From NCBI GenBank assembly GCA_032718475.1, contig JAUCBJ010007573.1:1-49155 (forward strand): a stretch of 49,155 nt of DNA, read 5' to 3'. This DNA comes from Nemertoderma westbladi. Lineage: Eukaryota > Animalia > Xenacoelomorpha. The position numbers and the translations under genes were made by a program. A model generated the notes under the pieces. The model had not been told where the DNA came from. It saw only the letters and a program-made list of their open reading frames with translations, and did no database searches. Numbering within the stretch: position 1 is the stretch's first letter; each line of letters begins with the position of its first letter. Below, piece after piece: positions 48,284 through 49,155 of the stretch.

Positions 48284-49155
48284 GTAGGTACTGGAGTGGA
48301 AGAATCTGCAAGCATGAGAGAGGAAGTTATTAGGCAGGTAGGTACTGGAGTGGAAGAAGCTGCAGGTATGACAGAGGAAGTTATTAGGCAGGTAGGTATT
48401 GGAGTGGAGGAAGCTGCAGGTATGAGAGAGGAAGTTATCAAGCAGATAGAGAGAGGTACTGGAGTGGAGGAAGCTGCAGGTATGAGAAAGGAAGTTATTA
48501 GGCAGGTAGGTACTGGAGTGGAGGAAGCTGCAGGTATGAGAGATGAAGTTATCAGGCAGGTAGGTACTGGCGTGGCGGAAGCTGTATGGATGAGAGGAAG
48601 TTGTCAGGCAGGTAGGTACTGAAGTGGAGGAAGCTGCAGGTATGAGAGAGGAAGTTATTAGGCAGGTAGGTACTGGAGTGGAGGAAGCTGCACGTATGAG
48701 AGCGGAAGTTGGGGAAGCTGCAGGTATGAGACAGGAAGTTGTTAGGCAGGTAGGTAGAGTGGAGGAAGCTGCAGGTATGAGAGAGGAAGTTATTAGGCAG
48801 GTAGGTACTGGAGGGGAGGAAGCTGCAGGTATGAGAGAGGAAGTTGGGGAAGCTGCAGGTATGAGAGAGGAAGTTGGGGAAGCTGCAGGTATGAGAGAGG
48901 AAGTTGGGGAAGCTGCAGGTATGAGAGAGGAAGTTGGGGAAGCTGCAGGTATGAGAGAGGAAGTTGGGGAAGCTGCAGGTATGAGAGAGGAAGTTATCCG
49001 GCAGGTAGGTACTGGAGTGGAGGAAGCTGTCAGGTATGAGAGAGGAAGTTGGGGAAGCTGCAGGTATGTAGAGTACGGAAGTTGGAGGAAGCTGCAGGTA
49101 TGAGAGAGGAAGTTATCAGGCATGTAGGTACTGGAGTGGAGGAAGCTGCAGGTAT
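48242..49155 (+). repeat. 54-bp minisatellite (with a 30-bp variant block) built from the exon B 3' end plus its splice donor; runs off the window
   Basis: Unit gtggaggaagctgcaggtatgagagaggaagttatcaggcag-gtaggtactgga. Confidence 0.95.

Noticed and set aside
48125-49123. 332-aa minus-strand Ser/Thr/Pro-rich ORF
   Set aside because: Antisense reading of the 54/30-bp minisatellite with no independent coding evidence.

Overview
Eukaryotic (metazoan-type, AT-rich, GT-AG introns) genomic DNA, not prokaryotic. There are three host genes: an uninterrupted 5.2-kb UBR1/UBR2-type N-end-rule E3 ligase ORF (11258-16444), a multi-exon nucleobindin (NUCB1/2-like) gene running from about 25572 to beyond the window end, and an intronless C2H2 zinc-finger gene nested in the 17-kb NUCB intron. 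The rest is dense, nested mobile DNA: a BEL/Pao LTR retrotransposon (AATAC TSD) inside a CR1/L2-group LINE and itself interrupted by a DINE/Helentron-like element carrying seven CTCF-like motifs at about 146-bp spacing; a Gypsy fragment; RTE, L2 and CRE-like LINEs; a complete ISL2EU-type DNA transposon (spliced SWIM-YqaJ nuclease plus THAP-DDE transposase) nested in a 10-kb TIR element; several MITEs; a tRNA-derived SINE; and minisatellites. The most notable observations are a duplicated, same-length NUCB exon pair (candidate mutually exclusive exons) whose second copy has its 3' end and splice donor amplified into a 54-bp minisatellite, a PRDM9-like homogenised zinc-finger array with a SUMO-motif repeat, a 253-bp duplication flanking an RTE, and recurrent TA-expansion footprints. 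All calls come from reading the sequence; no searches were run.
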